Source: Clostridiales bacterium
Lineage (GTDB): Bacteria > Bacillota > Clostridia > Saccharofermentanales > Saccharofermentanaceae
Reading direction: 5' to 3'
Assembly: GCA_017513085.1 (NCBI GenBank)
Contig: JAFWDK010000034.1
Coordinates: 1-40,080, forward strand
Length of the DNA stretch: 40,080 bases
Positions 9,507 through 18,243 of the stretch are shown here, piece after piece. The notes under the pieces were generated by a model, which searched no databases, was not told where the DNA came from, and worked only from the letters and a program-made list of their open reading frames with translations. Position 1 is the first letter of the stretch; the number at the start of each line of letters is the position of its first letter. Both the position numbers and the translations under genes were made by a program.

Positions 9507-10079
9507 ATGGCACCGGATATCGTTTCAGAAACGGAACATTACCAAAAGCCCGATGTGGAAGAGCTTTTTACGCTTTATGGCAACGATGTGCTGCGTATGT
9601 GCAACGTCTACCTGCGGAAACAATCTCTGGCCGAGGATGCTTTTCAAGACGTATTCGTTAAGGTCATGACACGTCTGGATTCCTGGCGTGGCGAAAGCGA
9701 TATTAAGTACTGGCTCTTGTCGATTGCAAGAAATGTATGCCTGGACTATCTGAAGTCTTCTTATATGCAAAGGACCAGTTTCCTGGGCGATCTTCTCGAC
9801 CGTGTGAAGCCGCGCAGCGAAGAAAAGAAGCGCATCAAGCCGCTTCCCGGGAACCAGGTCGAGGATCGTCTGATCGAGAAACTCGATGACAGTAATCCTC
9901 TTCTGGATGCAGTCCAGTCTTTGCCACCGAAGTACAAGGATGTGATCCTTCTTCGTTTCTACTTCGACATGGATAATGCCCAGATCGGCAAACAGCTCGG
10001 CATTACGGAAAGTTCCGTAAGAAGCCGTCTGATGCGTGCACGGGAAAAATTGAAAGATTATTGGAAGGAGGAAGAGTAA
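9507..10079 (+). CDS. ECF RNA polymerase sigma-70 factor
   Basis: Region 2 (AEDAFQDVFVK...WLLSIARN) and region 4 HTH (LP..YKDVILLRFY...IGKQLGITESSVRSRLMRAR). ATG 9507 follows AAGGGAG. Confidence 0.92.
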   Translation: MAPDIVSETEHYQKPDVEELFTLYGNDVLRMCNVYLRKQSLAEDAFQDVFVKVMTRLDSWRGESDIKYWLLSIARNVCLDYLKSSYMQRTSFLGDLLDRVKPRSEEKKRIKPLPGNQVEDRLIEKLDDSNPLLDAVQSLPPKYKDVILLRFYFDMDNAQIGKQLGITESSVRSRLMRAREKLKDYWKEEE

Positions 10080-10080
10080 T

Positions 10081-11079
10081 ATGTTTGGAGATGATCTTAA
10101 GAAGAGTCTTGAACCGATCCAGGTTTCAGAAGAACTCTTGGAAAAAACAAGAAAATCCATAGAAGCCGCGCGTCTTGAGCAGGCCCAGACCTCTTTGGAA
10201 AAAGCTTTCAAAAAGAGTTTCTCTTCCGGTAAATATGTTCGTATCGGAGCGATGGCCGCTTGCGCCATCCTTGTAGGTATCGGATTGTGGGCCGTTCTTC
10301 CTGCCTTAGGCCGAAAGTCTACAGAAAAAGCTGACGCTGTAGCATACGATACGACCAAAGCATTGGATAGGAATATGGTAGCAGAAGTAGACAGTCTTAT
10401 GCCTACAAGGCTCGAGACTACCCAGCTGGCAACAACAACGATGGAGAACGAATGTATTGAATCCGAAGACTCATACGACGACGATTATGAGAATACTTTC
10501 CCGGAAGCTGAGGAAACTGCCGCCGATGAAACTGTTCCAAGCAAGGGATCAAATTACTTTCTTGCTTCCACAGCACTCATAAATGGCAAAACACTATCCA
10601 TCAATAGCAAAAGGAACGCTCTGACATGGGGGTCCGATACCAACAGCACTCTTCCGGCGTTGCCTGCACTCGATAGTAACAATCGGATCGAGGGCATATC
10701 GTTCATCGCACAAAGCAATCTTCTTTGTGTAGTGACCAGTGCTGATGCCGGTAGTGATCTTGCATATGGAACATGCACTGCATATATTTATTCGCTCAAA
10801 GACAATACATGGAAGAAGGAATTTGTCGTTTCGCAGTACGGAGAACTCATCAAAGCCGTCGCCAATGACAGCAATCTCCTTCTCATGACCAAATACCAAG
10901 TGACAGATCCGGACGCCGGTTCCAGCATCCCGGCTCTTAAGGCGGATGATGGACACTGGGAACCACTCGATTCCTACATCTATTATGAGAACCACAAACC
11001 GGGCGGAACTTATTATCTTACCATCACTTCCGATCTGGTAAATAATCAGGTTGTCAATGTCTCTATCACTTACAAGTGA
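10081..11079 (+). CDS. Putative single-pass anti-sigma factor with extracytoplasmic beta-rich domain
   Basis: Starts 1 nt after the sigma stop. Cytoplasmic N-terminus of about 50 aa, one TM helix, acidic/Thr linker and beta-strand-rich C-domain. Confidence 0.7.
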   Translation: MFGDDLKKSLEPIQVSEELLEKTRKSIEAARLEQAQTSLEKAFKKSFSSGKYVRIGAMAACAILVGIGLWAVLPALGRKSTEKADAVAYDTTKALDRNMVAEVDSLMPTRLETTQLATTTMENECIESEDSYDDDYENTFPEAEETAADETVPSKGSNYFLASTALINGKTLSINSKRNALTWGSDTNSTLPALPALDSNNRIEGISFIAQSNLLCVVTSADAGSDLAYGTCTAYIYSLKDNTWKKEFVVSQYGELIKAVANDSNLLLMTKYQVTDPDAGSSIPALKADDGHWEPLDSYIYYENHKPGGTYYLTITSDLVNNQVVNVSITYK

Positions 11080-11107
11080 TACCCGGAACAACAAAACAGG
11101 TGTAAAC

Positions 11108-11140
11108 AAAAGGAGCCGTCTTACAAGATCGGCTCCTTTT
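11108..11140. terminator. Bidirectional terminator (anti-sigma / rsmG)
   Basis: AAAAGGAGCCG-tcttacaagat-CGGCTCCTTTT, overlapping the rsmG stop codon. Confidence 0.8.
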
Positions 11141-12065
11141 CCGGTTTTCCTTGTCCACGAGGATATTTCGGTGGTGTCGGGCGTATCTTGCGGATCACAA
11201 CGATCGAGCGCTGCATGTCCGTACCCGGAAGAGTAAATGTATGCACCGTTTCCAGTGTGCCGCCCAGGGTAACGATTGCCTTTTGCGCTTCTTCTGTTTC
11301 TTCTTCCGCATGTCCTTTCATAGCCAGAAAGATACCACCGACTTTCACATACGGAAGGCAGTATTCACAAAGAGTCGGCAGCGCAGCGACAGCACGAGCT
11401 GTAGAAATATCGAATTTCTCACGATATTGCTTGGATTTAGCACACTCCTCGGCCCGGCCGTGCACGGTCTTGATATCCGAAAGCTGAAGCTGTTCACAAA
11501 CTGCATCCAAAAATGCGATGCGCTTCTTCAGAGAATCCAGAAGAGTCACGGAAAGCCCGCTCATCGTAACCTTCAGCGGGATACCCGGAAAGCCTGCTCC
11601 CGTGCCGACATCGATCAACGAAAGATCTCGGCGTCCTTGCTTTCTTTCTTCGTCCTCAATATGGGAAACCAATGTTAGAGAGTCGATAAAATGCCGAATG
11701 GCAATTCCCTGATCATCGACGATATTTGTCAGGTTCATCTTCTCATTCCACTTGCGGAGCATCGCGGCATAGACCTGAAACGCACGGATGCTTTCTGCAG
11801 AAAGCGGCACCGATATATCTTCACTTCCGGATGTCAGGAAAGGCGAGATTTCATGGGCTTTGGAAATATCTTCCTCACTTGTCACGATAGGCTCATGTTT
11901 AGGCACAGTCATTAAAGCCGGTGCCGAAGTTTTCTCTTTAGGCGAAGACTTGACGTTTTCCTTTTTCTTCGCCCCTTTTCCGCCTCCGGTCATCTTGTTG
12001 CGAAGCGCGCGCTTATCCTCCGGAGAAAGGCCGTTTCCACCTTGTGGTTTGATCTTCTTATTCAT
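11121..12065 (-). CDS. rsmG: 16S rRNA m7G527 methyltransferase with N-terminal extension
   Basis: WNEKMNLT, HFIDSL, DVGTGAGFPG, GRAE and ARAVA. ATG 12065 overlaps the end of mnmG and has a GGAG SD. Confidence 0.95.
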   Translation of the reverse strand: MNKKIKPQGGNGLSPEDKRALRNKMTGGGKGAKKKENVKSSPKEKTSAPALMTVPKHEPIVTSEEDISKAHEISPFLTSGSEDISVPLSAESIRAFQVYAAMLRKWNEKMNLTNIVDDQGIAIRHFIDSLTLVSHIEDEERKQGRRDLSLIDVGTGAGFPGIPLKVTMSGLSVTLLDSLKKRIAFLDAVCEQLQLSDIKTVHGRAEECAKSKQYREKFDISTARAVAALPTLCEYCLPYVKVGGIFLAMKGHAEEETEEAQKAIVTLGGTLETVHTFTLPGTDMQRSIVVIRKIRPTPPKYPRGQGKPEKEPIL

Positions 12066-14019
12066 GCTGTTCTTCTCCTGCTTCACGTGCCTGTCGTTTT
12101 TGTGCATCCAGATAGACCAGCAGAACCGCTATATCTGCCGGTGAAACACCGGATATACGGGAAGCCTGTCCCAGAGACATCGGCTTCCTCTGCATCAGTT
12201 TGCTTCTTGCCTCCAAGCGGAGTCCTGAGATCTGATCATAGGGAATATCCGGCGACAGTTTCTTTTTTTCGAGGCTTGCGAATTTCCGTATACGTTCTTC
12301 TTCCAAAGCCAGATAGCCTTCGTATTTAATGTCGACTTCTACGGCAAAAATAACGTCCTCCGGAAGATTCGGACGCTTTGCATCCACCGGTGCCAGATCC
12401 CGGTAGTGGATCTCCGGACGTTTAATAAGTTCTGAAAGCGAGATACCGGAGTGTGTCAGAGTACTACCGCAACGCTCCAGGATCCGGTGCAGTTTCTCAC
12501 TCGGAGGAAGATGTGTACTGCGAAGGCGGCTCTTCTCCTCTTCAATGGCATTTTTCTTCGCCACAAAAGCCTGATAACGCTCTTCGGAGATCAATCCGAT
12601 GTTATGTCCTATTTCCGTCAGCCGTGCGTCAGCATTGTCCTGTCGGAGGAAAATACGGTATTCGGCGCGGGAAGTCATCATACGATAGGGTTCCTGCGTT
12701 CCTTTAGTGACCAGATCATCGATCAGGACACCGATATACGCCTGGGAACGGTCAAGAATAACCGGTTCTTTTCCAAGCACTTTCATCGCAGCATTGATCC
12801 CGGCCATAAGTCCCTGAGCAGCCGCCTCTTCGTAGCCGGAAGATCCGTTGATCTGTCCTGCCGTAAAAAGACCGCTTACTAAGGTAGACTCTAAAGACAG
12901 ATCCGCTGTTGTCGGATCGATGCAGTCATATTCGATAGCATAGGCCGCCCGCTGGATATGGGCTTTTTCTAGACCCGGGAGAGAATGTACCATCTGTACC
13001 TGTACCTCTTCCGGAAGGCTGGTGCTGAATCCCTGAAGATACAGCTCACGTGTCTCTTCTCCCATCGGCTCCACAAATATCTGGTGCCTGCTCTTATCCG
13101 GGAATCGCATGAATTTATCTTCAATAGAAGGACAGTACCGGGGACCGATTCCTTCGATCACACCGCTATAAAGCGGCGATCTGTCCATATTCTCCGTAAT
13201 GACCTTTCTGGTCTCTTCGGTCGTCCATACCGCATAGCAAGGGATCTGATCCTTGGGCGGAACGATTCCTTTCATCTCGTTTTCGAAAGAAAAAGGCGGC
13301 ATATCCGGTTCGCCCGGCTGGATCTCCATAACAGACGTATCTACCGTTCTCGAATTCACACGCACCGGAGTTCCGGTCTTGAAGCGCTGCATCGTGATCC
13401 CGGCCTCTGCCATACTCTTCGAAAGTCCCACAGAACGGGAAAGACCATCCGGTCCGCTTTCCACGATGACCTCTCCACGGATCGTTCGGGATTCCATATA
13501 TGTACCGGAGCAGATCACGGCCGCTTTTATATGGTAGCACGCACCGCTTCTCGTCCGTACACCGTTGAGGATCTTCCTATTCTCCCCGTCTTCCCAGAAG
13601 AGCTCTACGACCTCGCCTTGTATCAGCGATATATTCTCTTCATTTTCAATTCTTTCCTTCATTCGCCGGCTATAGGCAGCACGGTCCATTTGAGCACGAG
13701 GGGAAAAAACGGCAGGTCCTTTCGAGCGGTTCAGCATACGTGTCTGGATAGCGGACAGATCCGCCATTTCACCCATTACGCCGCCCAGCGCATCTATCTC
13801 ACGGACAAGCTGCCCCTTTGCAGTTCCGCCGATACTCGGGTTACAGGGAAGATTTGCCAGCTGGTCCAGATGCAACGTAAAAAGCACTGTGGAAAGTCCC
13901 AGGTGCGCACAAGCAAAGGCGGCTTCGCAGCCCGCATGTCCGGCGCCGATCACGGCCACATCGTATGTGCCTGCTTCATACCAGGTCTTATTCTCTTTTA
14001 GCTGTTCCCAGTTTCCCAT
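12058..14019 (-). CDS. mnmG: tRNA U34 5-carboxymethylaminomethyl modification enzyme
   Basis: GAGHAG FAD fold, CNPSIGG, GPRYCPSIEDK, AGQING..GYEEAAAQG and EPYRMMTSRAEYR. Confidence 0.97.
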   Translation of the reverse strand: MGNWEQLKENKTWYEAGTYDVAVIGAGHAGCEAAFACAHLGLSTVLFTLHLDQLANLPCNPSIGGTAKGQLVREIDALGGVMGEMADLSAIQTRMLNRSKGPAVFSPRAQMDRAAYSRRMKERIENEENISLIQGEVVELFWEDGENRKILNGVRTRSGACYHIKAAVICSGTYMESRTIRGEVIVESGPDGLSRSVGLSKSMAEAGITMQRFKTGTPVRVNSRTVDTSVMEIQPGEPDMPPFSFENEMKGIVPPKDQIPCYAVWTTEETRKVITENMDRSPLYSGVIEGIGPRYCPSIEDKFMRFPDKSRHQIFVEPMGEETRELYLQGFSTSLPEEVQVQMVHSLPGLEKAHIQRAAYAIEYDCIDPTTADLSLESTLVSGLFTAGQINGSSGYEEAAAQGLMAGINAAMKVLGKEPVILDRSQAYIGVLIDDLVTKGTQEPYRMMTSRAEYRIFLRQDNADARLTEIGHNIGLISEERYQAFVAKKNAIEEEKSRLRSTHLPPSEKLHRILERCGSTLTHSGISLSELIKRPEIHYRDLAPVDAKRPNLPEDVIFAVEVDIKYEGYLALEEERIRKFASLEKKKLSPDIPYDQISGLRLEARSKLMQRKPMSLGQASRISGVSPADIAVLLVYLDAQKRQAREAGEEQHE

Positions 14020-14030
14020 ATTCTCTCCTG

Positions 14031-15467
14031 TTACTTTCCAACGCAGAAGCGTGAAAAGATCGTATCAACCAATGTATCACTTACCGACTTTCCGGTGATC
14101 TCTCCCACATCCTCGAGTGCCGAACGAAGAAGCAATGCAGGCCCTTCGAGGGGATCACCCGCACGTAGCGCGGCGATACTCTTTCCTACTTTATCCAAAG
14201 CAGATGAAAGAACTTCAAAGTGTCTTCTGTTGGTCAGAAGCAGTTCAGAAGAAGAGGAGGCCCCCTTCTCATCGTAGGCACTTCTTATGAATTCTTCAAT
14301 CTTCCGAAGTCCCTCGCCGGTGGCTGAAGAAAGGCTGGTGCAAAGATCCGGTTCTCGAGTATATCCTCTTTCGGAAATCAAAGACATGACCTTCTCTTCC
14401 TGATTCTTAACCGTCTCTTCATCGGATGTATCCGACTTACTTATCAGAAGCGCAATCTTCGTTTCTTTCGGAAGACGCATGATCGGATCGATCAGATCGG
14501 TAATGGTCTTCTCTTTCTCATCCGTCGATACGAGCCAGAGCACAGCATCTGCTTCGGTGATTGCAGCGTTTGCACGGTTGACACCGATCGCTTCGACCAC
14601 GTCATCTGTCTCTCGGATACCGGCAGTGTCGATAAGCTTGACCGGAACGCCACGAATACTCGTTACGACTTCCAGCGTATCTCTCGTCGTACCCGGCACA
14701 TCCGTAACGATGGCTCTGTCATATCCGCTCAGGCGATTCAGAAGCGAAGATTTTCCACTGTTTGGAATTCCACAGATGACGACTCTCATCCTCTCCGAAA
14801 GGATACGCCCCTGTTTATAAGACTCTGTCAAGTTCTTAAGAGGAGAATAAACCGACTTTTCCAGTCCTTCCGCATAATTCGCCTTGGTCTCTCTATCGTC
14901 CTCGTCTTCGATCTCATCGATCCATAGCTCGAAATGCGCAAGCTGTGCGAAGAGGCTCGCAGAAATGTCCTCGGCCTGCTGTTTCAAAGATCCGGAAAGT
15001 TGGGATTCCGCGGCACGAAGCGCCAGCTCCGAGTCTGCGGCGATGACATCCATTACGGCTTCCGCCTGGGAAAGGTCGATTTTTCCGGCGATAAAAGCAT
15101 TCTTGGTAAATTCACCGGGGCCGGCCATTCTGGCGCCGTTTTCCAGCAAAACGCGAAGGATCTCCTGCCGGACGGTCAAGCCGCCATGACAAGAGATCTC
15201 TACTGATTCTTCACCTGTATAAGAATGGGGTGCGCAAAAACGCGTCACCATGACTTCGTCGATGGTTTCATTCGAGTCAGGATCGATAAACATCCCGTAA
15301 GCAACGGTGTACCCTGCCATCTCCGTGACAGTTTTGGCATCGCCTGCTGCACGCCGGATACGGATGACCTTATCCGCCACGGAAGCGGATCCTTCACCGG
15401 CCATACGGATCACTGCGATCCCACTCACTCCGGGTGGCGTAGCACATGCGCAATACGGCTTATCCAA
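14031..15467 (-). CDS. mnmE: tRNA modification GTPase
   Basis: ATPPG, PHSYTGE..EISCHGG, G1 GIPNSGKS, GTTRD, DTAG and C-terminal FCVGK. Confidence 0.96.
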   Translation of the reverse strand: MDKPYCACATPPGVSGIAVIRMAGEGSASVADKVIRIRRAAGDAKTVTEMAGYTVAYGMFIDPDSNETIDEVMVTRFCAPHSYTGEESVEISCHGGLTVRQEILRVLLENGARMAGPGEFTKNAFIAGKIDLSQAEAVMDVIAADSELALRAAESQLSGSLKQQAEDISASLFAQLAHFELWIDEIEDEDDRETKANYAEGLEKSVYSPLKNLTESYKQGRILSERMRVVICGIPNSGKSSLLNRLSGYDRAIVTDVPGTTRDTLEVVTSIRGVPVKLIDTAGIRETDDVVEAIGVNRANAAITEADAVLWLVSTDEKEKTITDLIDPIMRLPKETKIALLISKSDTSDEETVKNQEEKVMSLISERGYTREPDLCTSLSSATGEGLRKIEEFIRSAYDEKGASSSSELLLTNRRHFEVLSSALDKVGKSIAALRAGDPLEGPALLLRSALEDVGEITGKSVSDTLVDTIFSRFCVGK

Positions 15468-15498
15468 AGATCAATCGCCTCCCCAAAGAAAACCGGTA

Positions 15499-16209
15499 TT
15501 ACTCTTCGAGAGTAACAACTACCTTACGGTTCGGTTCTTCACCTTCACTATGTGTGGTAACACCCTTCACTCCCTGAAGTTCTGCATGAACGATACGACG
15601 CTCTGCCGGGTTCATCGCTTCCATAACAAATGCTTTCTTACTGCGCAAAACATGGTTCGCAGCCTTATGTGCCATGGAAACCAGGACTTCTTCTCTATGT
15701 TTTCTGTAACCACCGATATCCAGAACGACTCTCAGTCTTTCTTCGCTATGACGGTTAGCTACCAGATTTGTCAGATAAGAAATGGAATCCAGAGTCTCAC
15801 CGTGACGGCCGATTGCAGCACCGCAATCCTGACCGTTAACAGTAATATAGATCACATCTTCCTCACGATAAGAATCGAGTTTACCATGAATACCGATTCC
15901 GGAGAGAACTTCTGCCACAAAAGAAACTGCGGCATCTTCTGCTTCACCGGCCTCATCACCCTCGAAGGACTCGTCATCACCATAGTAAACGTCATTATCG
16001 TCATCCTCTGCCACATCATCGGTAGCAGATTCATCGTCTACTTCTGCAGTAACGCGTACTGTCACTTCCTTTGTGCCTAATCCCAGGAAACCTTTCTCCT
16101 GATCGATCACTTCAACCTGAGCGTCTTCTTTTTCAACACCGAGTTCGCTCAAAGCAAGCTCTACGGCTTCATCAACAGACTTCGCTGTTTTTTCGATCGT
16201 CTTTTTCAT
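15499..16209 (-). CDS. jag: Jag/EloR/KhpB RNA-binding protein
   Basis: Jag_N domain, acidic linker, KH (IGRHGETL) and R3H (ERRIVH..SEGEEPNR); canonical synteny. Confidence 0.95.
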   Translation of the reverse strand: MKKTIEKTAKSVDEAVELALSELGVEKEDAQVEVIDQEKGFLGLGTKEVTVRVTAEVDDESATDDVAEDDDNDVYYGDDESFEGDEAGEAEDAAVSFVAEVLSGIGIHGKLDSYREEDVIYITVNGQDCGAAIGRHGETLDSISYLTNLVANRHSEERLRVVLDIGGYRKHREEVLVSMAHKAANHVLRSKKAFVMEAMNPAERRIVHAELQGVKGVTTHSEGEEPNRKVVVTLEE

Positions 16210-16252
16210 TACCTGCTATCCTCCTTGTCGCAGATGTATGCCATCCGCAATA

Positions 16253-17290
16253 TTATTTCTTTTTCTTACCGGAGCCACCTGCGGCCTCAGCAGCCAGCTG
16301 TGACTTCTTCTTGAATGCATTCTTCTTCTGCTCTTTGAGTTCTCTTGTCTTCTCTTCAAACGGCTTCGTAAACATAAAGTATGTCAGAATGATCTGAAGA
16401 ATACCCATAATGTTACCTACGATCCAGTAAAAACCGAAAGCTGCCGGCAACGAGAATGTTGTCCAGAGCATGAGGGCCGGCATCAGGAACGTAAAGATCT
16501 TCGTAGTTCTTGCCGCCGGATCATCCGGTTGATTGTTCGCCGGATTCAGCTTCGCTCTCTTCTTCTCTTCTTTTTTCTGCTTCGCATTCGGCTTGGTAAA
16601 AGAAGTAAGCATCGTCTGCGCGATCGTTGTCAGAAGTACAAGGATCGGAACGATCAGAAGCGGTACATACGTACCCGGATCACCGGAGATCGTACTCGGA
16701 TTCCAACTCGGAGTAAGACCGAGATCCAAACCAAGGAACTTCATATCAAGTACCTGCTCAACCTTGATCAGGCCCTGGCCGACAGCTTTCACCATCGCGC
16801 CGGCATCCTTGGTCAGAAGGTTAACGAGCGGGATATTATCCGAGGTAACACTCTTCAATCCCAAAAGATCACCGATCTGCTTGAGATTGCTCTCGCTGAC
16901 GCCCATAACATACTGAAGCGGACAACGTACAACATACCACATCGGGAAAAGGAAAAGGATCGGAAGCAACGGCAGAAGGCAACCGGACAAAGAAGAAATA
17001 CCATTCTCCTTGAACAGTTTCTGCAACTCTTCTTCCTGTTTTTGTTTATCATCAGGATATTTTCTCTTGATCTCCGCCTGCTTATCGCTCAGAGCCTGTT
17101 GTTTCATCATGGCTTTCTGAGAACGGATATTTAGAGGAAGCGTAGCGCCACGAATAATGATCGTCAAGAAAATAATGGCCAGACCATAGCTTCCGAAATA
17201 CTCATATAGAAGATTGGCCACCCAGCCGAAAAGCACTGTAAGCGGTGTCCAAATACCCGCTCCGAGCTTATAGATAAGCGTTAACTGCAT
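16253..17290 (-). CDS. yidC: YidC/Oxa1 membrane protein insertase
   Basis: YGLAIIFLTIIIR, coiled region, GCLLP, LPAAFGFYW and basic tail; synteny. Confidence 0.93.
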   Translation of the reverse strand: MQLTLIYKLGAGIWTPLTVLFGWVANLLYEYFGSYGLAIIFLTIIIRGATLPLNIRSQKAMMKQQALSDKQAEIKRKYPDDKQKQEEELQKLFKENGISSLSGCLLPLLPILFLFPMWYVVRCPLQYVMGVSESNLKQIGDLLGLKSVTSDNIPLVNLLTKDAGAMVKAVGQGLIKVEQVLDMKFLGLDLGLTPSWNPSTISGDPGTYVPLLIVPILVLLTTIAQTMLTSFTKPNAKQKKEEKKRAKLNPANNQPDDPAARTTKIFTFLMPALMLWTTFSLPAAFGFYWIVGNIMGILQIILTYFMFTKPFEEKTRELKEQKKNAFKKKSQLAAEAAGGSGKKKK

Positions 17291-17352
17291 GTATTACTCC
17301 TGTTCCTTCCAATGCCCCTGCGCCGTGATGCGCTAGGCATAAGTATACCATA

Positions 17353-17568
17353 TTACTTAAGTGGGTCATAGCCACCCTTACAGAAGGGATTACAACGGAG
17401 AATACGCCACAGGCCCTTCAGGCCTCCTCGAACGAATCCATATTTCTCTATGGCTTCCAGTGTATACTGCGAACAAGTCGGTGAAAAACGGCAATGCGCA
17501 ATGTGGTCCGGTCCGTGCGAGGACTGGTACAGCCGAATCAGTTTCACCGCAAGTTTCTTCATAATCAT
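17353..17568 (-). CDS. yidD: Membrane protein insertion efficiency factor
   Basis: CRFSPTCSQY and RILRCNPF..GGYDP. Confidence 0.95.
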   Translation of the reverse strand: MIMKKLAVKLIRLYQSSHGPDHIAHCRFSPTCSQYTLEAIEKYGFVRGGLKGLWRILRCNPFCKGGYDPLK

Positions 17569-17945
17569 TCTCCGGATTTCAATAATCCCAGACTGCGAAG
17601 ATGTCTTCCCATCTCTTTTTCCACTTCCTGGAAAGTGGGAAGTACGTCTCCTGATCGCATCAGAAAAATAATGTCATACCCCAGAAGGACATCCGGTTCA
17701 TATTTCGCAAAAGCCTCACGTAACAGTCTCTTGGCACGGTTCCTGGCAACCGCCGTCTTCCGTCCATGGCTGTTAGTAAAACCGACTCGCAACAATCCCG
17801 TCGGAATCGGCGTCAGATTATGTTTCAAGGTCGGACTTCTCTTAAACGCATGCACTGCCAGATACCGTCCGGTCGAAAACTTTCCCCTCTTATATATACG
17901 GGAAAACTCATAATTAAAACGCAGTGTCTGCGTCGACTTCAACAT
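17565..17945 (-). CDS. rnpA: Ribonuclease P protein component
   Basis: L...EF..IY..G start, RNR motif AVARNRAKRLLRE, and position between rpmH and yidD. Confidence 0.93.
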   Translation of the reverse strand: MLKSTQTLRFNYEFSRIYKRGKFSTGRYLAVHAFKRSPTLKHNLTPIPTGLLRVGFTNSHGRKTAVARNRAKRLLREAFAKYEPDVLLGYDIIFLMRSGDVLPTFQEVEKEMGRHLRSLGLLKSGE

Positions 17946-17972
17946 TACGCAAAATATCCCCCGGTTTCCTTA

Positions 17973-18000
17973 TAAAAAAGGACCACTTGGGTGATCCTTA
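17973..18000 (-). terminator. Hairpin/terminator directly after rpmH
   Basis: Minus strand reads AAGGATCAC-ccaa-GTGGTCCTT-TTTT. Confidence 0.65.
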
Positions 18001-18132
18001 TACGGTAAGACTCTTTCTGCCCTTCAGTCTTCTTCTCTTCAGAACATCACGGCCTGTAGCGGTCTTCATTCTTGCACGGAAACCGTGAACCTTAGATCTC
18101 TGTCTTTTCTTAGGCTGATATGTCATCTTCAT
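17998..18132 (-). CDS. rpmH: 50S ribosomal protein L34 (not in ORF track)
   Basis: Manual translation [44 protein letters not shown] (44 aa) with a GGAGGT SD. Confidence 0.98.
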   Translation of the reverse strand: MKMTYQPKKRQRSKVHGFRARMKTATGRDVLKRRRLKGRKSLTV

Positions 18133-18201
18133 ATGGATCTACCTCCAAAATTAGTTTCTTTACCTTTTCTTACACGAATAATCGATACGAATAGCGATAG
18201 A

Positions 18202-18230
18202 ATTATACTAGGTGTCAAGTATAAAGTCAA
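18202..18230 (-). promoter_or_regulatory. sigma-A promoter of the rpmH operon
   Basis: TTGACT (18225-18230), 17 bp, TATAAT (18202-18207). Confidence 0.85.
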
Positions 18231-18243
18231 GCCACAGTTCAAA

